DNA from: Deltaproteobacteria bacterium
GTDB taxonomy: Bacteria; UBA10199; JACPAL01; JACOUP01
DNA length: 64,000 nucleotides
Assembly (NCBI GenBank): GCA_016177765.1
Contig: JACOUP010000008.1
Location: forward strand, 1,025,165 to 1,089,164
Direction: 5' to 3'
Shown here: piece by piece, positions 49,062 to 58,141 of the stretch
Position numbering within the stretch: the stretch's first letter is position 1
Layout of the letters: each line of letters begins with the position of its first letter
Translations under genes and position numbers: made by a program
The notes under the pieces: model-generated
What the model was told of the DNA's origin: nothing
Databases searched by the model: none
Seen by the model: the letters and a program-made list of their open reading frames with translations, nothing else

Positions 49062-51274
49062 AGGGAGGAAACTACCTCAATCGTACTGCGGTTTGAAATA
49101 GAGGAATTTTCAGGGTCATCCAGGAGGTGGATGATCCGTTCAGAACGGGGCGGCATCGGGCAATCCAGCCTCGGACGCACCGCGATCTTCATCTCCGGGG
49201 GGAGCTGGTGTTCTTCCGTGTAGAGCGAAACGGTATCACCCCCGCAGACGAGGGTATGGGGGGGTGGTGTCAGAGAGATAATTCTACGGATATTGTCGGT
49301 GATACTCCAACCTTCGAGGGGGGAGAAGACCTCAATTTCTGGAAAATCCCGGACCTTGTTCACCAAGATAGACTGACGGGCGGCATGGGAGAGAATCGGT
49401 CCCTTGTGGGTTCGTGACCGGTTGACGGTGAAGACAACCAATCTTTTCAGGCCCAGCTGACGGACTGCCTGAAGCCAGAGAGAGAGATGCCCCTGGTGGG
49501 TCGGGCTCAAGGTCCCGCAGGCGATTCCTGTCCCGCCAAAGGGGAGATTGCCGGCCAGGAAATTGGCCCGCGCATTTTCGATTTCCTTCTGGAGCAACGG
49601 ATTGAGGACCTCCCGGATATTGACGAAGAAACGTTTCCGGGTGGCGATCCCCGGGTTTTGGACGCCGATACGACTCCGGTTCAGGAAAGGGGGAGGAAAA
49701 TGGGGGATCTTTTCAATCCCGCCGAATGGTTTGACGACCAGTTTCTCCATCTCTTCATCGGTCATCTCAATCATGAAGGTAGGGAAATAAAGGGGTCTTC
49801 TTTCTTTCTGAGAACGCCGCCAAACCTCCCCCATCCGGTGTTGCCCCTGGACATGAACCATCCCGTACGAAGGACTTTTGAAGGTGATTGGCGGTTGGGT
49901 CAGGGCCGTTTCTTCGATCTTGCCCGTCGGTTCATAAAGGAAATAGAACTTTACCAGATTCGGATTGTCGTTGTAGCCGGTGTATCGGTTGATCGTGGGC
50001 CAGGGGGCGCAGTCGGTATTCTTTAAACAGAGCCAAGTCAGCTCTGAATTGTTGAGTGTCTTGAAGTCGAGGCTCCCCCGGTTGATCCGGGCCCCGGCGG
50101 AAGTATTGGCCAAAAAAGAATTAGTCGCCCGCAAATTACCCGACTCGGCCTCTTCATTGACATTGATCCACTCCAGAGAGGTGCTGCGGAGAGAGGCGAC
50201 ATCTTCTTCCCCGTCCTCAAAAGAGGGGATTTTTCGGTCCGGAATCACCTGACCGTGAAGGGTAATCTCCACGTTGAGCGGTTTTCCATCCCAGTCCAGC
50301 CCCCGTTCAATAGGGTCTGTACCCTGTTTGGCGACCGGCCTGATTTTGGGGAGGGTAATGATGGAGAGGAGGCCGCCCAAGATGGAGCACAATCTTTGCG
50401 TACCATGGGCGAGACCCCACAACGGCGGCCCGGGGATCCCCTTCTCAAAGGCCATCAGACCGGCGAGCGAATAGTAGGTCAGGAACTTGTTAATCGGCCG
50501 GACGGCCCACCTTTTTAACCGTTCAGTTTTTTTAGGGTCTTCCATGAAGAGGTCGATCGGAAGGGTGAAGGCGATGGAGGCCAGTGCCTGGTCGCTTGAC
50601 TTGATGATGAGGGAGCTCCAGGAAAGACCGATCCCGGCGCAGGTATTGTAAAAAGAATTAGCCAACCAGTTTTCGAACGCCTGTTCGATCGGGGCATAAA
50701 TTTTTCCGAGGGAAGCGGCCCCCAGGCTGAAATGGTGTCCCCGGATCTGGAAGAATTCGATATGGTAGGGAAACCGTTTCTTGGCCCATTGGCCGACATC
50801 CGCCATGATCCCCTGCCTCACAATGGTTCGAAAACGGGCGATAAAACTGAGGACAAAGGAGCCTGCAAACTGCGACCAGTGCGGTCTTAAAGCAATGGCA
50901 CCGACAAAAAAACTGGCGGTGGCGGCAAGAATCGTAACAACGCCTCCGGCCATACCGATTTCAAAATCCCTGAGGAGGAGACGCCAGTCCTTGACAATCT
51001 GGTGAAAGCGACGGAAAGAGACCCGCGCAAAGTGACGACTGCCGACGGCCCACGACTCTGAGGCCTCCAGAAAACCTTGTTTGTAGAGATGGTAAAGCGC
51101 CGCGTTAGTCCGGTGACGAAGGAGGGGATGACCAGAAGAGAAAGAGATTGCTTCGCTGGATTCCTGAATAGTTTCCTTCAATGGCCGAAAAAATACTTTA
51201 GTGCTTCTCTCCGGAAAGGCTAGCGCCGTTTTGAGGGGACTGTCAAGGACGTTTGGTTGTTGCACTTTTATCAA
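49058..51274 (-). CDS. Large protein: unknown ~500-aa N-terminal region fused to a C-terminal cytidylyltransferase / NadD-like domain
   Basis: C-terminal FGGTGIACGTLSPTHQGH (HxGH motif); TTG start; 738 aa. Confidence 0.5.
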   Translation of the reverse strand: MIKVQQPNVLDSPLKTALAFPERSTKVFFRPLKETIQESSEAISFSSGHPLLRHRTNAALYHLYKQGFLEASESWAVGSRHFARVSFRRFHQIVKDWRLLLRDFEIGMAGGVVTILAATASFFVGAIALRPHWSQFAGSFVLSFIARFRTIVRQGIMADVGQWAKKRFPYHIEFFQIRGHHFSLGAASLGKIYAPIEQAFENWLANSFYNTCAGIGLSWSSLIIKSSDQALASIAFTLPIDLFMEDPKKTERLKRWAVRPINKFLTYYSLAGLMAFEKGIPGPPLWGLAHGTQRLCSILGGLLSIITLPKIRPVAKQGTDPIERGLDWDGKPLNVEITLHGQVIPDRKIPSFEDGEEDVASLRSTSLEWINVNEEAESGNLRATNSFLANTSAGARINRGSLDFKTLNNSELTWLCLKNTDCAPWPTINRYTGYNDNPNLVKFYFLYEPTGKIEETALTQPPITFKSPSYGMVHVQGQHRMGEVWRRSQKERRPLYFPTFMIEMTDEEMEKLVVKPFGGIEKIPHFPPPFLNRSRIGVQNPGIATRKRFFVNIREVLNPLLQKEIENARANFLAGNLPFGGTGIACGTLSPTHQGHLSLWLQAVRQLGLKRLVVFTVNRSRTHKGPILSHAARQSILVNKVRDFPEIEVFSPLEGWSITDNIRRIISLTPPPHTLVCGGDTVSLYTEEHQLPPEMKIAVRPRLDCPMPPRSERIIHLLDDPENSSISNRSTIEVVSSL

Positions 51275-51317
51275 TTATTTCCTAGGAATTTCTTGAGCCT
51301 TTGAGGAGGAAGTCCCC

Positions 51318-52472
51318 ATGCCTGATTTTGATCTGACGGCCGAGCAAGAGATGCTCCGGAAAACGATCCGTGACTTTGCCGAAAAAGAGATCCGGCCGGT
51401 CGCCCAAAAACTGGATGAAAAAGAGGAGTTTTCCTGCGCCCTGACCGCCCGAATGGCCGGCTTGGGACTCTTTGGAATGACGATTTCTCCTGATTATGGT
51501 GGACAAGGGGCAGACACCCTCTCCTATATCCTTTGCGTCGAGGAACTGGCCCGTGTCGATGGCTGTCAAGCGGCGACCGTGGCGGCGGCCAACTCTTTGG
51601 GGATCGGGCCGATTGTGGCCTTCGGGACTGAAAAACAGAAACGGAAATACCTTCCCGATCTTTGCACTGGCAAAAAACTATGGGCCTTTGGCCTGACCGA
51701 GCCGGAGGCGGGGAGCGATGCCGGCAGTTCCAAGACCCACGCCGAACTCAAAAATGGCAAATGGCTCATCAACGGCTCCAAGATTTTTATCACCAACGGT
51801 TCGACCGAGATCACGGCCGGTGTAACGGTGCAATGTGTGACCGGCGTTGAAAAACAGACCGGTAAGAAGGAAATCTCTTGCATCATTGTAGAAAAAGGGG
51901 CCGCCGGTTTTGTGGCGAAGACGATGCACCACAAGATGACCTGGCGTTCCTCCAACACGGCGGAGCTCTATTTTCAGGATGTGACGGTGCCGGAGGAAAA
52001 TCTTTTAGGCAAAAGGGGGGATGGTTTTCGTCAGATGTTGAAGACGCTCGACTCCGGCCGTCTGGGGATCGCCGCGATGGGGTTGGGTGGGGCCGAAGGG
52101 GCGTTTGAGGCGGCCTTGAAATATTCCCAGGAGAGAAAAACCTTTGGCGTGCCAATCGCCAAGCATCAGGCGATCGCCTTCAAGTTGGCCGATATGGCAA
52201 CCGAGATCGAGGCGGCCCGCGGCCTCCTTTACAGGGCCTGCTGGCTGAAAGACCAGGGGCGGCCGTTTGCCAAGGAGGCCTCGATGGCAAAACTTTATTG
52301 TTCCGAGGTGATGGGGAGGGTGGTCGATCATGCGGTGCAAATTTTTGGCGGGTACGGCCTGATGGAGGAATACCCGGTCGCCAAATTTTACCGGGACCAG
52401 CGTCTTTTGGAGATTGGGGAAGGAACGAGCGAGGTCCAACGGATCGTGATCTCACGACATTTGGGGTGCTAA
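51318..52472 (+). CDS. Acyl-CoA dehydrogenase (short/branched-chain type)
   Basis: GAGGAGG ribosome-binding site; ACAD motifs; C-terminus RIVISRHL; 384 aa. Confidence 0.88.
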   Translation: MPDFDLTAEQEMLRKTIRDFAEKEIRPVAQKLDEKEEFSCALTARMAGLGLFGMTISPDYGGQGADTLSYILCVEELARVDGCQAATVAAANSLGIGPIVAFGTEKQKRKYLPDLCTGKKLWAFGLTEPEAGSDAGSSKTHAELKNGKWLINGSKIFITNGSTEITAGVTVQCVTGVEKQTGKKEISCIIVEKGAAGFVAKTMHHKMTWRSSNTAELYFQDVTVPEENLLGKRGDGFRQMLKTLDSGRLGIAAMGLGGAEGAFEAALKYSQERKTFGVPIAKHQAIAFKLADMATEIEAARGLLYRACWLKDQGRPFAKEASMAKLYCSEVMGRVVDHAVQIFGGYGLMEEYPVAKFYRDQRLLEIGEGTSEVQRIVISRHLGC

Positions 52473-53039
52473 ATGCCTGTCAAACCTGACCACTGGATCT
52501 GCGAGATGGCTGAACAAAAAAAGATGATTGAGCCATTCGCCAAAGATCAGGTTCGAAAAGGGGTGATCTCCTACGGGGTTTCTTCGTACGGCTACGACAT
52601 GCGCCTCTCAGATCAGTTCAAGGTTTTGCGACCCGCTTCAGACAAACCGGAGGCAGAGATCCTCGACCCCAAGAATGTCGATCCCTCGCACTTCGAGGAA
52701 AAACGGGAGTCGGTCCGCATCATCCCTCCGCACAGTTTTGTCTTGGGCCAGAGTATCGAATATTTCCGGATCCCGCGGGATATTCTGGCGATCGCCTTCG
52801 GCAAGTCGACCTATGCCCGGTCCGGGGTTTTTGTAAACCTCACCCCCTTTGAACCGGAGTGGGAAGGGTTTGTCACCATTCAGATTGCCAACCTTTCCCC
52901 CTATTCTGCAAAAGTCTACGCCGGGGAGGGGATCGCCCAGGTCCTTTTTCTGGAGGCGACCGATCTCTGCCAAACCTCCTACAAGGATAAAAAGGGAAAA
53001 TATCAGGCCCAAAAAGAGATCACGACCTCGAAGATCTAG
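52473..53039 (+). CDS. dcd: dCTP deaminase
   Basis: 188 aa with a dUTPase-like fold and conserved dcd motifs. Confidence 0.85.
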   Translation: MPVKPDHWICEMAEQKKMIEPFAKDQVRKGVISYGVSSYGYDMRLSDQFKVLRPASDKPEAEILDPKNVDPSHFEEKRESVRIIPPHSFVLGQSIEYFRIPRDILAIAFGKSTYARSGVFVNLTPFEPEWEGFVTIQIANLSPYSAKVYAGEGIAQVLFLEATDLCQTSYKDKKGKYQAQKEITTSKI

Positions 53040-53780
53040 ATGTCACCCTCTATTATCTCAGCCCGGCAGATTGTTAAAAATTTTGGGGGCCTGGCTGCCG
53101 TCGACCGGGTTGACTTCGAGATCCGCAGTGGAGTCTGTTTTGGTTTTCTGGGCCCGAACGGGGCCGGCAAGACCACCTTGATGCGAATGATTGATGCCGC
53201 CTCGCCACGGAGTGGCGGGGATCTCCTGGTTTTTGGCGAAGACCCGGAGAAAAAGGCAAGAGAGATCAAAAAACGGATCGGTGTGGTCCCTCAAGAGGAC
53301 AGCCTTGATCCGGACCTGACCGTCATTCAAAATCTTCTCATGTACGGGCGCTACTTTGACCTCTCCTCCCGTTTGTCTCAGAAACGGGCCGGGGAGCTTC
53401 TCCAATTTTTTCAGTTGGAGGAAAAGCGAAAGGCCCCAATTGACAAACTCTCCGGCGGGATGAAGCGGCGCCTTTTGATCGCCCGGGCGTTGATCAACGA
53501 ACCGGAACTCCTTATCTTGGACGAACCGACGACCGGCCTCGACCCGCAGGCGCGTCACGCCATCTGGGACAAACTCAGAGAACTCAAGGGCCAGGGGGTG
53601 ACGCTGATCCTCACCACCCACTATATGGAAGAGGCGTCAGAGCTCTGCGACCGTTTGGTGATTATGGATCATGGCAAGATTATTCAGGAAGGGTCTCCCT
53701 CGGCCCTCATCCAAAACCAGGGGGTTGAAAATTTAGAACAGGTTTTCTTGAAACTGACCGGGAGGGACTTAAGGGAATGA
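53040..53780 (+). CDS. ABC transporter ATP-binding protein
   Basis: Walker A GPNGAGKTT, signature LSGGMKRR, Walker B LILDEPT. Confidence 0.9.
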   Translation: MSPSIISARQIVKNFGGLAAVDRVDFEIRSGVCFGFLGPNGAGKTTLMRMIDAASPRSGGDLLVFGEDPEKKAREIKKRIGVVPQEDSLDPDLTVIQNLLMYGRYFDLSSRLSQKRAGELLQFFQLEEKRKAPIDKLSGGMKRRLLIARALINEPELLILDEPTTGLDPQARHAIWDKLRELKGQGVTLILTTHYMEEASELCDRLVIMDHGKIIQEGSPSALIQNQGVENLEQVFLKLTGRDLRE

Positions 53781-54538
53781 ATCTGGGGAGACGTCTCTTC
53801 AAGGTTTGGCTCCGCGACTTAATCGTCTGGTCCAAATACTGGCACACCAGTCTCGTTGGGGCGTTGGGGGAACCGGTTCTCTACTTTGTCGGGATCGGTT
53901 ATGGTCTCGGTTCCTTTATCCCGCCGATTGAGGGGATCCCGTATGTTCAATACCTCGCCCCGGCGCTGATCGCCTCGTCGGTGATGAATAGCGCCTCCTT
54001 TGAAACCACTTTCAGTTCCTTTACCCGGATGGAGAAACAAAAGACCTATGCCTCCATTGCGGCGACACCGATCAGCATGGAAGAGGTGGTGGCGGGGGAG
54101 ATCCTCTGGGGGGCGACCAAGGCCTGTCTGGCCGGGCTCGTGATGTTGATCGCGATGGTGGTCGCCGGCCTCATCACTCCCTTGGGGGCGTTGTGGATTG
54201 CCCCGGTGATGGGGATTACGGCGGTTCTTTTTTCCGGGCTCGGGATGCTCGCGACTTCCTATGCCCCGGATTATGATTTCTTTACCTATTATTTTACCCT
54301 TTTTTTAGAACCGATGTTTCTTTTCTCCGGCACTTTTTTTCCACTCTCCGGGATGCCGGTCTTTTTACAGAAGATTGTCTGGATCCTCCCGCTCACCCCC
54401 GCCGTACACCTCTGCCGGACGCTTGCCCAAAAGGGATTCGATTGGAATCTTCTCCTCCCCTTTAGCTGGATTCTCCTGCTGGCCCTGTTTTTTTGCTGGT
54501 TCGCGATCCGGCGGATGGTCAAGAGGCTGGTGGTTTAA
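53777..54538 (+). CDS. ABC-2 type transporter permease
   Basis: 6 TM helices; overlaps the ATPase stop. Confidence 0.75.
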   Translation: MNLGRRLFKVWLRDLIVWSKYWHTSLVGALGEPVLYFVGIGYGLGSFIPPIEGIPYVQYLAPALIASSVMNSASFETTFSSFTRMEKQKTYASIAATPISMEEVVAGEILWGATKACLAGLVMLIAMVVAGLITPLGALWIAPVMGITAVLFSGLGMLATSYAPDYDFFTYYFTLFLEPMFLFSGTFFPLSGMPVFLQKIVWILPLTPAVHLCRTLAQKGFDWNLLLPFSWILLLALFFCWFAIRRMVKRLVV

Positions 54539-54595
54539 GGTTTTATTGACTATTTCTGTCTTGAATCCTGATGGAGAGGGTGCAATACTGTCCCT

Positions 54596-54823
54596 GTGAG
54601 GCACGATAACATTATCCAGCGTTCAAAAGAACTTTTGGGGGGGACACCCGTTTTTGCTGGCACAAGGGTTCCCATCCAGAATCTCTTAGACTATCTGGAA
54701 GAGGGTAAGTCCACCACTGATTTCTTGGAAGATTTTCCGACTGTCAGTCACGAACAGGTTCTCAATATCTTGGAAGTAGCCAAAGAAACTCTTGTGAGTG
54801 GGCCTCATGCGCGTATTGCTTGA
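54596..54823 (+). CDS. DUF433-family antitoxin-like protein
   Basis: 75 aa; overlaps the downstream gene by 26 nt. Confidence 0.55.
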   Translation: MRHDNIIQRSKELLGGTPVFAGTRVPIQNLLDYLEEGKSTTDFLEDFPTVSHEQVLNILEVAKETLVSGPHARIA

Positions 54824-55127
54824 CGAATGTCTCCCCAAAAAATTGAAAGGCGACCTCCTAGAGTATCACGAGGTTTTCACTGTTCCTGAAATGAGTTGGG
54901 CAGGAAAGAAAAACGGCGAATTGTTGAAATTGGCCGCCTCCAAATTCGACCTGTTTCTCACGGCGGACCAAAATCTTACTTATCAGCAAAATCTGGAATC
55001 GGCACAAATTGGCGTTATCATTTTGGTCACAAAAAATAATCGTTTGGAATCCTTCCAACGTCTAATGCCCAAAGTGAGGCAACTGTTACAACAGGGTCCC
55101 GTCAAGGGTATTGTTAAGGTGCTTTGA
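54798..55127 (+). CDS. DUF5615 (PIN-like) putative toxin
   Basis: 109 aa with a Mut7-C/PIN-like pattern. Confidence 0.55.
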   Translation: MGLMRVLLDECLPKKLKGDLLEYHEVFTVPEMSWAGKKNGELLKLAASKFDLFLTADQNLTYQQNLESAQIGVIILVTKNNRLESFQRLMPKVRQLLQQGPVKGIVKVL

Positions 55128-55147
55128 AAAAAACTTGGGTTGGTGGT

Positions 55148-56047
55148 TTAGCGGTAAAACCCCTTTGTTTTTTCAGTCAGTTCTCGCAATTTCCGGTTAT
55201 CGATCACCTTGCCGCGGCGGAGGACGAGGCGGTTGTTGCAGAACAGTTTGACTGCGCGGGCGAGGGTCTTTGCCTCCAGTTTTTTTCCGCGTTCGATAAT
55301 TTCTTCAAGTGGTGTCTTGGTCTTGTCAAACCGGAACGCCTCCTGGCAGATGATCGGTCCTTCGTCGAGATCGGTGGTGACAAAGTGGGCGGTGACGCCG
55401 GTCACCTCCACCCCCTTGTGGTACGCCTGTGAATAGGCCCGTGCGCCCGGAAAAGAGGGGAGGAGCGACGGGTGGACGTTGATGATTTTCCCTTCGTAAC
55501 GAAAACAGAACTCCGGGGAGAGGATCTGCATGTAACGGGCGAGGATGATCCCATCGACGTCAAAACCGGCCAGTTTTTTCAAAATTTTTTCCTCATGTTC
55601 CTTTTTACGGAGAGACGGGTTGTAGTAAAAGGGGACGTGATATCTGGCGGCGATCGGTCGAAGGTCGGTCCGGTTGGAAAGAACCATCACCGGTTTTCCC
55701 TTGATCTCTCCCCTCTTCATCTGTCTTAAGAGTTCTTCCAGACAGTGAGGCTCTTTGGTGGCGAGGATGGCGATCTCTTTTAATTTTTTTTCTTTTTCCG
55801 GATGAAAACTGATCTCCATCCGGATCTTTCGGGCCACCTCCCGGAGTCCTTTCAGGAAATGGGGGAGGGGGGTTCGCATCTCCTTAAAATCAACCACCAT
55901 GTTCATGACGAGAACCCCTTCTAAAATCCTCTGGTCGATATCCTCGATGTTGATATTATTTTGGGAGAGGTAGCCGGTGACCGCCGCAATAATCCCTTTG
56001 TGGTCCGGCCCGGCAACACGAATGCGAGCGATCTTTGGGTGAGACAT
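55148..56047 (-). CDS. purU: Formyltetrahydrofolate deformylase
   Basis: N-terminal ACT domain plus a formyltransferase domain. Confidence 0.85.
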   Translation of the reverse strand: MSHPKIARIRVAGPDHKGIIAAVTGYLSQNNINIEDIDQRILEGVLVMNMVVDFKEMRTPLPHFLKGLREVARKIRMEISFHPEKEKKLKEIAILATKEPHCLEELLRQMKRGEIKGKPVMVLSNRTDLRPIAARYHVPFYYNPSLRKKEHEEKILKKLAGFDVDGIILARYMQILSPEFCFRYEGKIINVHPSLLPSFPGARAYSQAYHKGVEVTGVTAHFVTTDLDEGPIICQEAFRFDKTKTPLEEIIERGKKLEAKTLARAVKLFCNNRLVLRRGKVIDNRKLRELTEKTKGFYR

Positions 56048-56154
56048 TAAGGGCTAATTTAGCATATTGGGCAGAAGAATCAAAGGCCTACATTGTCCCT
56101 TGACTTTGAAGGGCCAATTCCCTAGGCTCCCCCCGCTTTCATTAAGGAGAAAAA

Positions 56155-56394
56155 GTGGCGACACATATCCGGCTTTCGCGTGTTGGGGCAACAAAGAAAC
56201 CGTTTTACAGGATCGTTGTGGCGGACAAGTCTTTTCCCCGGGACGGGCGTTGTTTGGAAATCCTTGGGACCTACGACCCGGCCAAGGGGATTGAAAAATC
56301 AACGGTCAATAAGGAACGGACCCAATGGTGGCTCTCCAAAGGGGCCAAACCTTCGGAGACGGTCAATCATATCCTTAGATCCGTTCGTTCCTAA
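56155..56394 (+). CDS. rpsP: 30S ribosomal protein S16
   Basis: MATHIRLSRVGATKKPFYRIVVAD. Confidence 0.93.
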   Translation: MATHIRLSRVGATKKPFYRIVVADKSFPRDGRCLEILGTYDPAKGIEKSTVNKERTQWWLSKGAKPSETVNHILRSVRS

Positions 56395-56425
56395 AATCTC
56401 GAGTTATCCTTTGGCTGAAGCGCCC

Positions 56426-57115
56426 GTGCACTCTTTCGACATACTGACCCTCTTCCCCTCGTTTTTTGAAGGACCTCTCAAGGTCGCCCTGCTCCAGAAG
56501 GCGATTGTCTCCAAAAAGATTGGCGTTTCTCTTCACGATTTGAGGTCGTTTGCGACCGATCGTCACCGTACCATGGATGATACTCCCTACGGCGGCGGTC
56601 CGGGGATGTTGATGAAGGTGGAACCGGTCGTTGCGGCGATCGAAAAAATAACCCTGTGTCAAAAAGGGAAAAAGAGTCGAAGACTCCTTCTATCCCCTCA
56701 AGGGAATCTGTTGACGCAGTCCAAGGCGAAAGAATTGGCCGCCTATGACCAGCTTGTCCTGGTTTGCGGCCGCTATGAAGGGGTCGATGCCCGGGTTGTT
56801 GAAGGAGGCTGGATTGATGAAGAGATTTCGATTGGTGATTATGTGGTGATGGGGGGAGAGGCGGCGGCGCTCGTCTTGATCGAGGCGGTGGTGCGATGGA
56901 TCCCCGGGGTGGTGGGGGATCAGGGGTCGGTTGCGAAAGACACCCTCTCCGATGGCCAGTTAAAACACCCCCAGTACACACGGCCGGAAGATTTTCGGGG
57001 GCTCAAGGTTCCGGAGATTCTCCTCTCCGGGAATCACAAGGAGATTGAAAACTGGCGGCAAAGGATGGCAAAAGAAAAGACAGGTAAAAAGAGGCCGGAT
57101 CTGTTAAAAAAGTAG
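56426..57115 (+). CDS. trmD: tRNA (guanine37-N1)-methyltransferase
   Basis: GTG start giving MHSFDILTLFPSFFEG; SPOUT knot motifs. Confidence 0.85.
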   Translation: MHSFDILTLFPSFFEGPLKVALLQKAIVSKKIGVSLHDLRSFATDRHRTMDDTPYGGGPGMLMKVEPVVAAIEKITLCQKGKKSRRLLLSPQGNLLTQSKAKELAAYDQLVLVCGRYEGVDARVVEGGWIDEEISIGDYVVMGGEAAALVLIEAVVRWIPGVVGDQGSVAKDTLSDGQLKHPQYTRPEDFRGLKVPEILLSGNHKEIENWRQRMAKEKTGKKRPDLLKK

Positions 57116-57128
57116 GGTCTAGGGTGAG

Positions 57129-57701
57129 ATGAAAATAAAACTATTTTTTCTTCTGATATCTGTTTCTTTTTTCGCAATAGCGGGTGAGAAGCCGGTCCGG
57201 TTTCAGGTCGTTCCCGAGGAGAGTTCCGTTCAGTTCAGTTCAAAGGCCCCGTTGGAAGATTTTGTCGGGAAGACGAAAGAGATCTCCGGTTGGGTGGAAG
57301 GGAACGCCGGGCAGTTGACCAAGGTGCAGGGCACTTTTTCCGTCAATCCAGTCAGTCTGAAGACAGGCAACCGTCTGCGTGACAAAGATATGCGTGAATT
57401 TTTGGAGACCGACCAATTCCCTGAAATCCGTTTTACCTTGAAACAGATTGGCGGGATGAAGTTGCTAACGCCGGGGCAAAAAGGGGGCGTGACTGCCGAA
57501 GGGAGCTTTGACCTGCACGGCATCAAGAGGACTGAGACTATCCCGTTGGAAGTTTTGTACGACCCGACAAAACAGGAACTGCAGATCTCTTCAACATTCC
57601 CGATCCTTTTGGCCGACTACCAGATCGAGCGTCCGCAGGTGTTATGGGTGAAGCTAGCGGAGAAGGTGACGGTGACGCTTCAGCTGGTCTTGAGACCTTA
57701 A
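57129..57701 (+). CDS. YceI-like periplasmic protein
   Basis: Signal peptide plus YceI-like fold pattern. Confidence 0.7.
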   Translation: MKIKLFFLLISVSFFAIAGEKPVRFQVVPEESSVQFSSKAPLEDFVGKTKEISGWVEGNAGQLTKVQGTFSVNPVSLKTGNRLRDKDMREFLETDQFPEIRFTLKQIGGMKLLTPGQKGGVTAEGSFDLHGIKRTETIPLEVLYDPTKQELQISSTFPILLADYQIERPQVLWVKLAEKVTVTLQLVLRP

Positions 57702-58141
57702 TTATTTTTTGCGCCACTGTTGATCCAATCCTTGGTCGCCTGGATCTCGGCCTCGGTCAGGGCAGACCCTCCCAGCGGCATCCGTGAGCCGCTCCCGCCG
57801 GCACTACTTTGGGTCCCTTCCAGTTTGTGGATCAGGTAGCTTTTGGTAGTGTCGTTGGCAGTGACACGGTTCATACTGGGGAGTTCATTCGCGGCGGTCC
57901 CGACGAGAGAGCCGAATGATTCCCCCGCCGCGAGGGAAAGGGAACCAGACTGGGAACTGCTGGAATGACAGCCGGAGAGGGCGCAAGTCGGGGTAAAGAG
58001 ATTGGTTTGGAGACTGGTGAGTGTTCCGGTGATTGTGTCATCGGTGGCATCGGTCTCGGAGGAGCCCCCACAGGCGGAAAAAAGGGTCAAGAGAACAGCA
58101 AAAAAAAGAAAGGTTTGTTTCATGTAAAATATATCCATCAA
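57698..58141 (-). CDS. Lipoprotein monoheme c-type cytochrome with atypical CX4CH site
   Basis: Lipobox LFSAC; CALSGCH; distal RMPLGG (Met ligand) and EIQATKDWINSGA, resembling class I c551-like cytochromes. Confidence 0.55.
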   Translation of the reverse strand: MMDIFYMKQTFLFFAVLLTLFSACGGSSETDATDDTITGTLTSLQTNLFTPTCALSGCHSSSSQSGSLSLAAGESFGSLVGTAANELPSMNRVTANDTTKSYLIHKLEGTQSSAGGSGSRMPLGGSALTEAEIQATKDWINSGAKNN

